Positions 29,209 through 38,604 are shown, numbered from the stretch's first letter. The stretch: 64,000 nucleotides of DNA from an uncultured Gammaproteobacteria bacterium (GCA_965230895.1 OZ246394.1:980668-1044667); one strand, 5' to 3'. Notes: generated by a model not told the origin, from the sequence alone. Numbers and translations are program-made.

Positions 29209-31056
29209 ATGACCGCATCTGAAATAGTTACAAAATATATTGCATTTTATGAGAAGCGTGGGCACAAAAGAATTGCCAATGCACCAGTTGTCCCACAAAA
29301 TGATCCTACAACCCTTTTTACAAGCTCGGGGATGCAGGCACTTATTCCTTATCTATTGGGAGAAGAACATCCATTGGGGACACGACTTGTAAATGTACAA
29401 AACTGTTTCCGCGCAGTCGATATTGATGAGGTCGGAGATGATCGACATACTACGTTCTTTCGAATGATGGGTAATTGGTCACTTGGAGATTACTTCAAGA
29501 AAGAACAACTTCCTTGGTTCTTCGAATTTCTAACTGACAAGAAAGATGGCTTGGGAATTGATCCTTCAAGATTGTATGTCACTGTTTTTTCTGGCAATGA
29601 CGATATCGAACCAGATACTGAAAGCATTCAATTATGGAAAGATATTTTCAAGAAAGCTGGTATTGATGCAAAAGAAGGCGAACGGATTTTTCCATACGGT
29701 GTTGAAAAGAACTGGTGGTCACGATCAGGAACTCCGGAAAAAATGCCTGCTGGAGAACCAGGTGGACCAGATAGTGAAATGTTTTATGACTTTGGCGCTG
29801 AATTACAACTTCATGAGAACAGTCAATTTAAAGATGAAGCATGCCATGTGAATTGTGATTGCGGCCGATACTGGGAAATTGGAAATAGTGTTTTTATGCA
29901 ATATTTGAAGCAAGATAATGGTGGATTTAAACCTTTGCCAAAGCAAAATGTTGACTTTGGTGGAGGCTTAGAAAGGCTTTTGGGAGCAGCAGAACACAAG
30001 CACGATATGTTTCAAACATCACTTTTTGCTCCAACCATCGCAGCAATTGAGAAAGCAACAGGTGAAGTTTACAGCCAAAACAAAAAGTCTATGCAAATCA
30101 TCGCCGACCATATGGGAGGAAGCTCGTTCATCATCGCTGGTGGAGTACGGCCTGCAAATAAGGAACAAGGCTATATTCTCCGTCGTTTGATCCGAAGAGC
30201 ATATGATCATTTCTCACGACTTGGAGGAAAAGATCTTGCACCGGTTGTCGAAACAGTTGTGGGTCAATACAAAGTAACTGATCCTGAACTTGCACAGAAG
30301 TATGAAGAAATTAAGCTTACAATTTTGGAAGAAGTAAAGAAATATAGTACAGCTTTGAATAAAGCAAAAGGTTATATCGACAAGAAGTATGGCGGGAAAG
30401 AGATAAGTGACGGAATTAAAGAGATTACGCCTGAAGATGTCTTTTACCTTTACTCTTCGCACGGACTCTCCCCTACGCAAGTTGAAAGTCTTGGATATAC
30501 ATTCGATAGACAAAAGTTTGCTGAGCTTATGGAAAAGCATCAGAACCTGAGTAAATCAGGTGCAGGACAAAAATTCCGAGGAGGATTGGCAGATCATCAG
30601 GAGAAAACAGTCATGGGACATACAGCCACTCACCTTTTACATCAGGCGTTGCGTGATATGTTTGGCAAGCAATTGCACCAATCAGGATCAAACATTACAA
30701 CTGAGCGACTTCGTTTTGACTTCAACTTTGACCGGAAACTTACCGATGAGGAAGTACAGAAGCTTGAAGACGTCGTTAATGGAAAGATTAAAGAGAATAT
30801 CCCGGTTCATTTCGAAATGATTCCGACTGAAGAAGCAAAGAAGATTGGCGCAATTGGACTTTTCGAAGATACCTATGCAGACACTTCAAAAATCTATTTT
30901 ATCGGAGGAAGTTCCAAAGATTCTCAGGCTGCATACTCAATCGAATTCTGCGGAGGACCACATGTAGAATTTACAGGAAAGCTAAAATCGTTTAAGATAA
31001 TAAAGCAGGAGAACCTTGGCAATAAAATGCGTCGGGTTTACGCTGTTGTTGGATAA
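29209..31056 (+). CDS. alaS: Alanyl-tRNA synthetase, short form lacking the C-terminal C-Ala domain
   Basis: 615 aa; class II AlaRS catalytic core (FTSSGMQ, VQNCFRAVDIDEVGDDRHTTFFRMMGNWSLGDYFK) and the editing-domain motifs HTATHLLHQAL and CGGPHV; ends soon after the editing domain. An extended -10 (TGcTATAAT, 29189..29197) lies 11 nt upstream of the ATG. Confidence 0.85.
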   Translation: MTASEIVTKYIAFYEKRGHKRIANAPVVPQNDPTTLFTSSGMQALIPYLLGEEHPLGTRLVNVQNCFRAVDIDEVGDDRHTTFFRMMGNWSLGDYFKKEQLPWFFEFLTDKKDGLGIDPSRLYVTVFSGNDDIEPDTESIQLWKDIFKKAGIDAKEGERIFPYGVEKNWWSRSGTPEKMPAGEPGGPDSEMFYDFGAELQLHENSQFKDEACHVNCDCGRYWEIGNSVFMQYLKQDNGGFKPLPKQNVDFGGGLERLLGAAEHKHDMFQTSLFAPTIAAIEKATGEVYSQNKKSMQIIADHMGGSSFIIAGGVRPANKEQGYILRRLIRRAYDHFSRLGGKDLAPVVETVVGQYKVTDPELAQKYEEIKLTILEEVKKYSTALNKAKGYIDKKYGGKEISDGIKEITPEDVFYLYSSHGLSPTQVESLGYTFDRQKFAELMEKHQNLSKSGAGQKFRGGLADHQEKTVMGHTATHLLHQALRDMFGKQLHQSGSNITTERLRFDFNFDRKLTDEEVQKLEDVVNGKIKENIPVHFEMIPTEEAKKIGAIGLFEDTYADTSKIYFIGGSSKDSQAAYSIEFCGGPHVEFTGKLKSFKIIKQENLGNKMRRVYAVVG

Positions 31057-31077
31057 TAACCAACGTTAAAACTAAAT

Positions 31078-33438
31078 ATGAAACTGCCTATCCCTTTTTT
31101 CAATTCTAAATCTGACGACTCCGATTACTATTTAGCCTTGCTACTTACAGAAGATAAAGCAAGCGCGGTTATCCTTAAAGCTACTGAAGATAAGCTTAAA
31201 CCATTAAATACACATTCTGAGTTCTTCCCAGAATCAATTGAACATCTCACCTTAGAAGAAATAATAACTACTGTCGACAAAACCATAAGTCGTGCTGAAG
31301 AGGTTCTGCCTCCTCAGATCGAAACTCATAAAACAGTTTTTGGGGTCAAAGACAAATGGGTCGACCGAGAAACGAAAAAGATAAAGAAAGAATACTTGGA
31401 TAAACTCAAAAAGGTTTGTGATGCACTCGATCTTTCACCAATTGGATTTATGGTCACGACCGAAGCAATCACCCATCTGGTTGAAGATGAAGAAGGAGCA
31501 CCTGTCTCAGCAGTCTTTGCTGAAATTGGAGAAAAACAAATTGTCCTCAGTCTTTTACGCGGTGGTAAAGTCGTTGAGACGATAAGTAGTACCCTCATGC
31601 ATTCTGCTCCCCACACGGTAGATAAGCTTCTCTCCCACTTTACTGTACCTGTTTTGCCTGCTCGAATTATCCTTTATCTTAATAAGCCTGATGAGGATAC
31701 AAACCAAGCATTTATATCGCACCAATGGAGTAAAAGTCTTCCGTTCTTGCATGTTCCGCAAGTGACAGTATTGCCCGCTCATTTTGATACGAGATCACTG
31801 ACGTATGGTGCTGCCACCCAAATGGGATTTACGGTTTCAGAACCTCATCATGAAGCACTTCCGAAATTAACCAAAGAAGAAAAGAAAGAGGAGGAAGCAA
31901 TTGCTGATGAAGTACAGGAACCAGAAAATGAAACTCTAGAAAAGGATTCTGAGCAGATGGAAGAGAATCCATCAGAAGAAAATGAACCTCGAATGGATAA
32001 TATCGCGCCTGTACCAGCAGCTGAAGAGAAATCAGGTGATTTCGGATTTGTTGTAGATGGAGAACCAGTCGCGCAGAAAGCACATCATGAACCAGTAGAA
32101 CACCATGCTGAGGTAGAGCATGAAGCTCATGGGCATACACAACATCATGAAACACATCATCGAGACGATGATGACGATGAGAGACCACGCAAATCCAGCA
32201 ATCTGGCAGACAAAGTACCATTCTTATCCAGTCTTTCTCTTCCAAAGAATGTAAAAATGCCTAATGTCGGAGGGCTCATGAATAGCGTGAGTGGCAAAAA
32301 AGCACCGATTAAGATTATCCTTCCGATCGTAGCGCTCCTCATAATAATCATTGGCACAAGCTTCTATTATATTAATATTGTCAAAGCAACTGTTTCACTT
32401 TCGGTCAAGCCGAATATCGTTAACGAGCAAGCAACCGTAACGTTCTCGAGTGATGAATCAAATAATTTTTCAAGTAATGTCATCGCCGCACGGAGTATTT
32501 CAGCATCAATTCAGTCAGAGATTTCGGGTAATGCTACTGGCAAGAAGGATGTTGGAGAAAAAGCAAAAGGAACCGTAACATTCTTTAATAATGACAATGA
32601 TCCTGTTACTTTAAGTTCAGGTGCAGAAATTCGTGCAAGCAACGGCGAAGTCTTCCTTCTAGATAAAGAAGCAAAGATACCAGCAGCTACAGGAGATATC
32701 TTCACTGGAACAAAACCCGGAAATGCAGATGCTTCAGTCACTGCAAAAGATCTTGGTACTGAAGGTAATGTCCCTTCAGGAACACGCTTTACTGTCGGTT
32801 CAGCAAGTACCCTTGCTGCGAGAAATGACAATGCGTTTTCAGGAGGAACGACCAAGAATGTAACTGTCGTTTCAAAGAGTGACTTGGACAAGCTCCGAAC
32901 AGATATTCTGAAGAAAGGACAAGCTGAAGCACAATCAAAGCTTGCAGAGGAAGCTGAAAGCGGAGAGACAGTGCTTCCTGTCGTCAGTTCACCATCGCTT
33001 GAAAATGCTACCTTCGACAAAAAAGAAGGCGACGAAGCAACGAAGGTCACGTTGAAAGGAAATGTCGTATATCAGGGCTTAGCGTATAGTAATGATGACC
33101 TGAAGGAATATGGATTAACTGTATTAAAGGCGCAGTATGCTGACGATGTCACATTCGATGAAAAAAGTGTAAAGGGATCAGTTGAGGATGTAAGCTTGGA
33201 AGATCCCAAAACAGCAGAGGCAAGTGTGACTGTAGAAGGTGGACAGCTTCCTGAGATGGATACCAATGACATCATCAAAAATGTGAAAGATCAATCACTG
33301 GGACAAGCGAGAGAAACAATTTCAAATCTTCCACAGGTCACGAAAACAGATATTACGTTCTCACCACCGATATTCATTATCCCTGACTTATTCCCTCGAC
33401 TACCAAATCAAATCAATGTCGAGATAAAAACTGAATAA
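31078..33438 (+). CDS. Bitopic membrane protein: N-terminal actin-like (FtsA/PilM-like) cytoplasmic domain, acidic His-rich linker, one TM helix, and a ~370-aa Ser/Thr/Gly-rich extracellular domain
   Basis: 786 aa. The N-terminal 250 aa resemble the actin/FtsA/PilM fold (LALLLTEDKASAVIL; VFAEIGEKQIVLSLLRGGKVVETISS) but with degenerate phosphate-binding loops. His/Asp-rich stretch HHEPVEHHAEVEHEAHGHTQHHETHHRDDDDDE. TM helix IKIILPIVALLIIIIGTSFYYINIV. No LPXTG. The stop lies 7 nt before the sortase gene. Confidence 0.5.
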   Translation: MKLPIPFFNSKSDDSDYYLALLLTEDKASAVILKATEDKLKPLNTHSEFFPESIEHLTLEEIITTVDKTISRAEEVLPPQIETHKTVFGVKDKWVDRETKKIKKEYLDKLKKVCDALDLSPIGFMVTTEAITHLVEDEEGAPVSAVFAEIGEKQIVLSLLRGGKVVETISSTLMHSAPHTVDKLLSHFTVPVLPARIILYLNKPDEDTNQAFISHQWSKSLPFLHVPQVTVLPAHFDTRSLTYGAATQMGFTVSEPHHEALPKLTKEEKKEEEAIADEVQEPENETLEKDSEQMEENPSEENEPRMDNIAPVPAAEEKSGDFGFVVDGEPVAQKAHHEPVEHHAEVEHEAHGHTQHHETHHRDDDDDERPRKSSNLADKVPFLSSLSLPKNVKMPNVGGLMNSVSGKKAPIKIILPIVALLIIIIGTSFYYINIVKATVSLSVKPNIVNEQATVTFSSDESNNFSSNVIAARSISASIQSEISGNATGKKDVGEKAKGTVTFFNNDNDPVTLSSGAEIRASNGEVFLLDKEAKIPAATGDIFTGTKPGNADASVTAKDLGTEGNVPSGTRFTVGSASTLAARNDNAFSGGTTKNVTVVSKSDLDKLRTDILKKGQAEAQSKLAEEAESGETVLPVVSSPSLENATFDKKEGDEATKVTLKGNVVYQGLAYSNDDLKEYGLTVLKAQYADDVTFDEKSVKGSVEDVSLEDPKTAEASVTVEGGQLPEMDTNDIIKNVKDQSLGQARETISNLPQVTKTDITFSPPIFIIPDLFPRLPNQINVEIKTE

Positions 33439-33444
33439 CCTGCC

Positions 33445-34176
33445 ATGAAAACACAAGTGTACAAAAAAGGAAGCCGAAAAGATGTTCGGAAGATAATTCG
33501 TTTTAGTGGATTATTTTCATCGGTCCTCGGACTTATTATCGGGATGTATACATTCTTTCCGCTTATCTCATACGAACTGTATATTAAACCAGCATTTGCA
33601 AGCCAATCTTTTGCTGCACCTATTCCACAAAAGACAATAATCACGCAGGATTATATTCAAAGCTTGTTTAAAAATACTGCAACTTCATTGAGAAATCTTG
33701 GAGCAAATAACTCTCAAGGATGGATGCCGACAACATATCAAGAGATGGAAGTTGCGTCGCAGCTTTCAAATTATTATATTTCTATTCCAAAGCTTGGTAT
33801 AACAAACGCAAATGTTTCAACGATTAGTAATAATGTCGATGAGCATTTGGTCCATTTCCCTGGGACAAACCTACCACCAAACAAAGGCAATGCAGCCATA
33901 TTTGGTCATTCGACATTACCGCAATGGTTTGATCCGACGAACTACAAAGCAATTTTTGCAACCGTCCACACGATGCAAATTGGTGATGCAATTAATGTGA
34001 CGATCAATAATCAGATTTATACTTACAAAGTCATTGATATCTCAATTGTCGATCCTGAACAAGCAAACTATTTTGAGCAAAACGTCGATGGGAGTTATCT
34101 CACAATAGTTACCTGTACTCCACCGGGAACTATCTGGAAACGATTGCTAATAAAGGCTAAACTTGAGACAATATAA
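33445..34176 (+). CDS. Sortase (transpeptidase), N-terminal membrane anchor
   Basis: 243 aa; catalytic His (AIFGHSTLPQ), the active-site Cys in TIVTCTPPGT (TLXTC motif) and a downstream conserved Arg (WKRLL); single N-terminal TM helix. Confidence 0.75.
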   Translation: MKTQVYKKGSRKDVRKIIRFSGLFSSVLGLIIGMYTFFPLISYELYIKPAFASQSFAAPIPQKTIITQDYIQSLFKNTATSLRNLGANNSQGWMPTTYQEMEVASQLSNYYISIPKLGITNANVSTISNNVDEHLVHFPGTNLPPNKGNAAIFGHSTLPQWFDPTNYKAIFATVHTMQIGDAINVTINNQIYTYKVIDISIVDPEQANYFEQNVDGSYLTIVTCTPPGTIWKRLLIKAKLETI

Positions 34177-34194
34177 AAGAAAGGAGGATGACAT

Positions 34195-34347
34195 ATGCAA
34201 GAGAATGTACAACAATCACCGGTAATGATCTTCTTAAAGAAGATATGGCCATATGTGAACCGCGTCATTAATACAGTAATGTATTTTATTATCTCGATGC
34301 TTAAGAATTTTTTCAAAAGTGCCATCCAAATGATCCAAGGTAAATAA
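34195..34347 (+). CDS. Unannotated small hydrophobic protein (50 aa), translationally coupled to the downstream nucleoside phosphorylase gene
   Basis: Perfect SD AAGGAGG 7 nt upstream of the ATG at 34195; sequence MQENVQQSPVMIFLKKIWPYVNRVINTVMYFIISMLKNFFKSAIQMIQGK; the TAA stop overlaps the ATG of the next gene (TAATG at 34345..34349); below the ORF-track cutoff. Confidence 0.45.
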   Translation: MQENVQQSPVMIFLKKIWPYVNRVINTVMYFIISMLKNFFKSAIQMIQGK

Positions 34348-35621
34348 TGACTGAAGAACAACTTGCCCTGCAAGCCATACAAAAAAAACTCGTTGGGAAA
34401 AGACTCAACTACGAAGAAATTTTTGCGGTAATGGATGAAATAAGCCATAATCGCCTTTCACAAGTACTAACAACCTACTTTGCTGCATCTGGTTACTCCA
34501 AAGGATTTTCAAATGAGGAAATGTATTTTCTCACTAAAGCAATGATCGAAACAGGAGAAAAGCTTGAATTTAAAGGTATTGTCGCTGACAAACATTCAAT
34601 AGGAGGCGTACCAGGAACACGAACTACATTGATCGTTACACCAATTGTGGCTGCTGCTGGATTTACAATACCAAAAAGTTCATCCCGCGCAATTACAACT
34701 CCCGGCGGAACTGGTGATGATATGGAAGTTTTAGCACCAGTGACATTTGGTAAAAAAGATATCTATCGAATAGTAGCTGAGACAGGTGCATGTATTGTTT
34801 GGGGAGGTGGAGTTGATATCGCGCCAGCTGATGATGACCTAATACAAGTTGAAGAACCGCTCCTTCTTGAAAGTTTTGATAAAATTCTTGTTTCTATTAT
34901 GGCCAAAAAAGTTGCTTTTGGATCAAATCATATAGTCATTGATGTGCCGTATGGAAAACATGTCAAAGTCCACAATAAAGCTGATGCAATGCTGCTTAAA
35001 CATAAATTCGAATATCTTGCGAAAAGATTTAACGTGAAGCTCAATGTGTATGTCCACGATACACACGAACCATCCGGCCGGGGCATCGGACCGTTACTTG
35101 AAACCAAAGAAGCAATCAAAGTATTAGAGCAACTTCCAGATAGACCACTTGATCTTGAAGAGAAAGGCTTACATCTAGCTGGAATGGTTTTGGACTTATG
35201 CCTTGAAGATTCATCAAAAAAGTTACAAGACAAGATAAAGGAAGAATTTGGAAATGGAAGAAAATGGGCAGAGTATATTCTCTCCAGTAGCCATGCTTTG
35301 AAGAAAATGCGCGAAATTATCAAAGCACAAGGAGGCAACTCTGCTATAATGAGTAAAGATCTACAACCTGGGAAATATCAGTATGAGGTAAAAGCAAAAG
35401 TTGCCGGAGTTGTAAAAGAGATTGATAGCAAAAATGCGACACTTCTTGCAAAGATCTTAGGAGCACCGCAACAGAAAAAAAGCGGTATTTATTTACTAAA
35501 GAAAAGTCGCGAGCATGTAGAAGTTGGTGAAACGACTTTTATAATGTATAGTGAGAAAGAACATAACTTAAATGAAGCAAAGGACTCGTTATCGCACTTC
35601 CCAATATTCGCATACAAATAA
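34347..35621 (+). CDS. Thymidine/pyrimidine-nucleoside phosphorylase family protein
   Basis: 424 aa; N-terminal helical domain and the KHSIGGVPGTRTT phosphate-binding motif (compare DKHSTGGVGDKTS); the length fits thymidine phosphorylase rather than the longer AMP phosphorylase. Confidence 0.8.
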   Translation: MTEEQLALQAIQKKLVGKRLNYEEIFAVMDEISHNRLSQVLTTYFAASGYSKGFSNEEMYFLTKAMIETGEKLEFKGIVADKHSIGGVPGTRTTLIVTPIVAAAGFTIPKSSSRAITTPGGTGDDMEVLAPVTFGKKDIYRIVAETGACIVWGGGVDIAPADDDLIQVEEPLLLESFDKILVSIMAKKVAFGSNHIVIDVPYGKHVKVHNKADAMLLKHKFEYLAKRFNVKLNVYVHDTHEPSGRGIGPLLETKEAIKVLEQLPDRPLDLEEKGLHLAGMVLDLCLEDSSKKLQDKIKEEFGNGRKWAEYILSSSHALKKMREIIKAQGGNSAIMSKDLQPGKYQYEVKAKVAGVVKEIDSKNATLLAKILGAPQQKKSGIYLLKKSREHVEVGETTFIMYSEKEHNLNEAKDSLSHFPIFAYK

Positions 35622-35625
35622 AGGT

Positions 35626-36579
35626 ATGAAAAAATTTTCGTTTCTAATCGTTTTAATAGCTCTTATCGTTGGTGGAATTGGTGCATGGTGGATCAATGGA
35701 ACAGCTCCAGCTGATCCTTCAGATGCAACTACAAAGAATTTTGTAATTAATAAGGGTGAAGGAGTAAGACAAGTTGCAAATAATTTAAAAACCGAGGGTT
35801 TGATCAAAGATCCTATTATCTTTTTTTTATTCCTGAAACAGCAAGGGCTTGATGGCAAAATCCAAGCTGGAGAATTTTCGCTTTCACCTTCAATGAACGC
35901 CTCTGAGGTTGCGAAGGAATTGCAGACTGCCACCAATGATATCACCATAACTGTACCCGAAGGAAAGAGAGCAGAAGAGGTTGCGGATATTTTGCAAGAG
36001 TCACTTCCGGCATACGATGAATCATGGAGACAACAACTTGTTGCTCAGGAAGGATATCTCTTCCCAGATACATATTCATTTCCCAAGGATGCAGATATTG
36101 ATCTAGTAATTACAACAATGCGTGATAATTTCGATAAGAAATACGCAAGCATTCCTGCAGGAAAAAATAGTAATCTTCCACAAACACAGATAGTAACGCT
36201 TGCTTCAATGGTAGAACGAGAAGCAAAGCATGACGAAGACAGACCGATCGTTGCCGGTATTATGCTCAATAGAATTAACGCAGGAATGTCATTGGATATT
36301 GACGCAACGGTGCAATACGCAACTGGTACAGGACGTGATTGGTGGCCAACGCTCAATGATGCGGCAAGAAATATTGCACCAGATTCACCATACAATACAT
36401 ATACACATCCAGGATTACCACCAACTCCAATCTCAAATCCTGGACTAGCAGTACTTCAAGCTGTGATCAATGCACCAGATACAGATTATGTTTTCTATAT
36501 AACTGATAAAACAGGTACAAACCGTTATGCAAAGACCCTGGATGAACATAATAGAAACATTGAAAAATACGGCCTCTAA
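35626..36579 (+). CDS. mltG: Endolytic murein transglycosylase MltG (YceG family)
   Basis: Start moved to the ATG at 35626 (MKKFSFLIVLIALIVGG...); N-terminal TM, LysM-like region and the YceG catalytic region (SMVEREAKHDEDRPIVAGIMLNR...YNTYTHPGLPPTPISNPG). Confidence 0.85.
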   Translation: MKKFSFLIVLIALIVGGIGAWWINGTAPADPSDATTKNFVINKGEGVRQVANNLKTEGLIKDPIIFFLFLKQQGLDGKIQAGEFSLSPSMNASEVAKELQTATNDITITVPEGKRAEEVADILQESLPAYDESWRQQLVAQEGYLFPDTYSFPKDADIDLVITTMRDNFDKKYASIPAGKNSNLPQTQIVTLASMVEREAKHDEDRPIVAGIMLNRINAGMSLDIDATVQYATGTGRDWWPTLNDAARNIAPDSPYNTYTHPGLPPTPISNPGLAVLQAVINAPDTDYVFYITDKTGTNRYAKTLDEHNRNIEKYGL

Positions 36580-36626
36580 ATAATTTTCACTTGACATTAC
36601 TATAAGTCTGTGACAAAATACCCCTC

Positions 36627-37022
36627 ATGGAAAGAGAAACACATGTTAATCTAGAAAAACCATCTTTTCAAGATAGAATTATTGAACATCTCGATAAAAG
36701 ATTTTCTTTTGTACACCCAGATGGCGCAGCATTTTCAGAAGATGAAGTCGAGGAATTTATTGGGGATGCTCAAAAGACGCTCACTCGGATGAATAGAAAA
36801 CTTGCGAGGGAAAGTCAAAGCAATCCCAAACATGTAGATTATCATCGAGCTTTTGCTTTGAGATTGCTTCATGTAGATGCAGCATTTAATCCTGATTTAG
36901 TTGATGGCGACCTTCAAGGATTTGAAGATCGGATGCTTAGCGCTTTAAAGTTTGGGAGTTTTGAAAGAAAAGCTTTTGGAGAAAAAGTATACATACCTAA
37001 TAGGCCCTCAGACAAACGCTAA
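36627..37022 (+). CDS. Hypothetical protein (131 aa)
   Basis: No recognised motif. Possible TTGACA (36591..36596) plus a weak -10 would make the transcript leaderless; convergent 4-nt overlap with the next gene. Confidence 0.3.
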   Translation: MERETHVNLEKPSFQDRIIEHLDKRFSFVHPDGAAFSEDEVEEFIGDAQKTLTRMNRKLARESQSNPKHVDYHRAFALRLLHVDAAFNPDLVDGDLQGFEDRMLSALKFGSFERKAFGEKVYIPNRPSDKR

Positions 37023-37549
37023 CTCTTTTTCTTTAAACCCCTGAACCAACGTCGGCCTTGAATTGCCTTTTGTGGAGCTTTCTCTTCAGGTTCATCAAGG
37101 GCCTCAATTCTTTCTTCGACAGATTCCTTCTCTGACTCTAGTTCTTCAAGGCGTTCAATAGCCGCTGTTTTATGAACTTCCTTTTTAGGCGCAGGCGTTT
37201 TCTCCACAACCTCAATTTTTTCTACAACTTTGGGAGTTTCTTTCACTTCAACTTTCTTTTCAACGGCTTTTGCGACCTGTTCTTCTTTTTGAACAGCAGC
37301 AGCGGCTTGTGGATCAGATTTTACGAAATCCTCTTCATCATCAATTTCATCAAATAACTCAGAGATATCATCGGCTTGATTCGAGTATTGTTCCATACTT
37401 GAGAGCTTTGTAATTATTTTCTCAGAGAGATCACGAAGAATTTCGCGTCCTTTTTTGGTAGTAAAAAGGAGTGCGATAAGCACGCCAACAATGACTCCGA
37501 AAATGAAGCTATTTCCTCCGCCTTGATGCTTTTGCTCTTTTTGATCCAT
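37019..37549 (-). CDS. YtxH-like membrane-anchored coiled-coil protein
   Basis: 176 aa; FIFGVIVGVLIALLFTTKKGREILRDL matches the YtxH N-terminal motif; the rest is a Glu/Lys-rich coiled coil. Confidence 0.5.
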   Translation of the reverse strand: MDQKEQKHQGGGNSFIFGVIVGVLIALLFTTKKGREILRDLSEKIITKLSSMEQYSNQADDISELFDEIDDEEDFVKSDPQAAAAVQKEEQVAKAVEKKVEVKETPKVVEKIEVVEKTPAPKKEVHKTAAIERLEELESEKESVEERIEALDEPEEKAPQKAIQGRRWFRGLKKKS

Positions 37550-37589
37550 ATTTCTGGGATAGAGTTACAGGAAGTACACCTCGCGATTC

Positions 37590-37862
37590 TTATTCTTTAC
37601 TTCGACCCAATAGGCTTTGTACGAACTTTGCGACGGTCAGGAGCGATGTTGCCTTTGTACCTAGCGCCAATGATGATAATGCTGAGAGTGGCGCATCGAT
37701 ATTTTCAGTGATAGATTCCGCATTGTCGAGAACTCGGTTTGTTTTGACCAATGTTTCTCGTAATTCTTTAAGAATGTAATAGACTTGTACTCCTAAAATA
37801 ACTAAAAGGATCGTCAAAACGAGAATGACAAGAAGTAAGACCATTTGGACAGGATCTATCAT
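37590..37862 (-). CDS. DUF948-like small membrane protein
   Basis: 90 aa; one N-terminal TM helix followed by a helical region, the architecture of DUF948. Confidence 0.4.
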   Translation of the reverse strand: MIDPVQMVLLLVILVLTILLVILGVQVYYILKELRETLVKTNRVLDNAESITENIDAPLSALSSLALGTKATSLLTVAKFVQSLLGRSKE

Positions 37863-37974
37863 ACTTAATAAGAGTAACGCAATCGTAACTCTTCTGTCAA
37901 GTAAAAATTAGGAAAGAACTATATCAATGAATGCTTAAAGACATCTAAAGTAATCAAGCAATCCGAGAGAACTG

Positions 37975-38604
37975 CTATTTTACGAGGATATTCCTTTGCT
38001 CTACAGTTTCTTTACCAAAACGATTGGTGGCTTTGATGGAAATTGTTGTATTACCAGGGAAGAGTGTCAATCGTTTACTAAATTTTCCATCAGTACTCAC
38101 AGTCACAGGCTGATTATTAACATACACGGTGGCATTATTATCTGCTTTTCCAGAAACAACAATTTCTTTTGCAGTAGTACTATTTGCAACAGGCGTATCA
38201 ACTGTAAGCGACGGCGGAAGAAATGCAGCGCGATATTGGAAAAATAAATAAATGAGAAAAAGAACTAAAGCCGCACCTGCAAGCAAAAGCGATTGCTGAA
38301 AGCGTAGTCTTTGGAGTGGAAATTCTTCCTGTTTCACCAGAGAATCGGGTAAAACCTTATACGCTTTCTTCTCATCAAATTCTCTTTTGAAAAGTGCAGT
38401 GATTTCAGCTTTGGACAGTCCGAGATATATTGCATAATTACGGACAAATCCTTGCGCATACGCGGGAGATGGGAGTTTGTTATATTCTCCTTTTTCAATT
38501 GCAGAAAGAAAAATCGGTTTTATCTTTATTGCCTGAGACACTTCTTCAAGTGTTAATTTCTTTTGTACTCGTAACGTATGTAGCCTTTGTCCTAACTTAA
38601 CCAT
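37975..38604 (-). CDS. RodZ-like protein (XRE-type HTH, TM helix, C-terminal beta domain)
   Basis: 209 aa; N-terminal HTH (LGQRLHTLRVQKKLTLEEVSQAIKIKPIFLSAIEKGEY), a central TM, and a C-terminal DUF4115-like domain. Confidence 0.55.
   Translation of the reverse strand: MVKLGQRLHTLRVQKKLTLEEVSQAIKIKPIFLSAIEKGEYNKLPSPAYAQGFVRNYAIYLGLSKAEITALFKREFDEKKAYKVLPDSLVKQEEFPLQRLRFQQSLLLAGAALVLFLIYLFFQYRAAFLPPSLTVDTPVANSTTAKEIVVSGKADNNATVYVNNQPVTVSTDGKFSKRLTLFPGNTTISIKATNRFGKETVEQRNILVK

Noticed and set aside
32070-32180. His-rich segment HHEPVEHHAEVEHEAHGHTQHHETHH considered as a defined metal-binding domain
   Set aside because: Low-complexity linker without the spacing of known HMA or His-tag-like domains; possible metal binding noted only in passing.
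32511-33050. 179-aa minus-strand ORF
   Set aside because: Antisense within the extracellular Ser/Thr-rich region of the 31078 gene.
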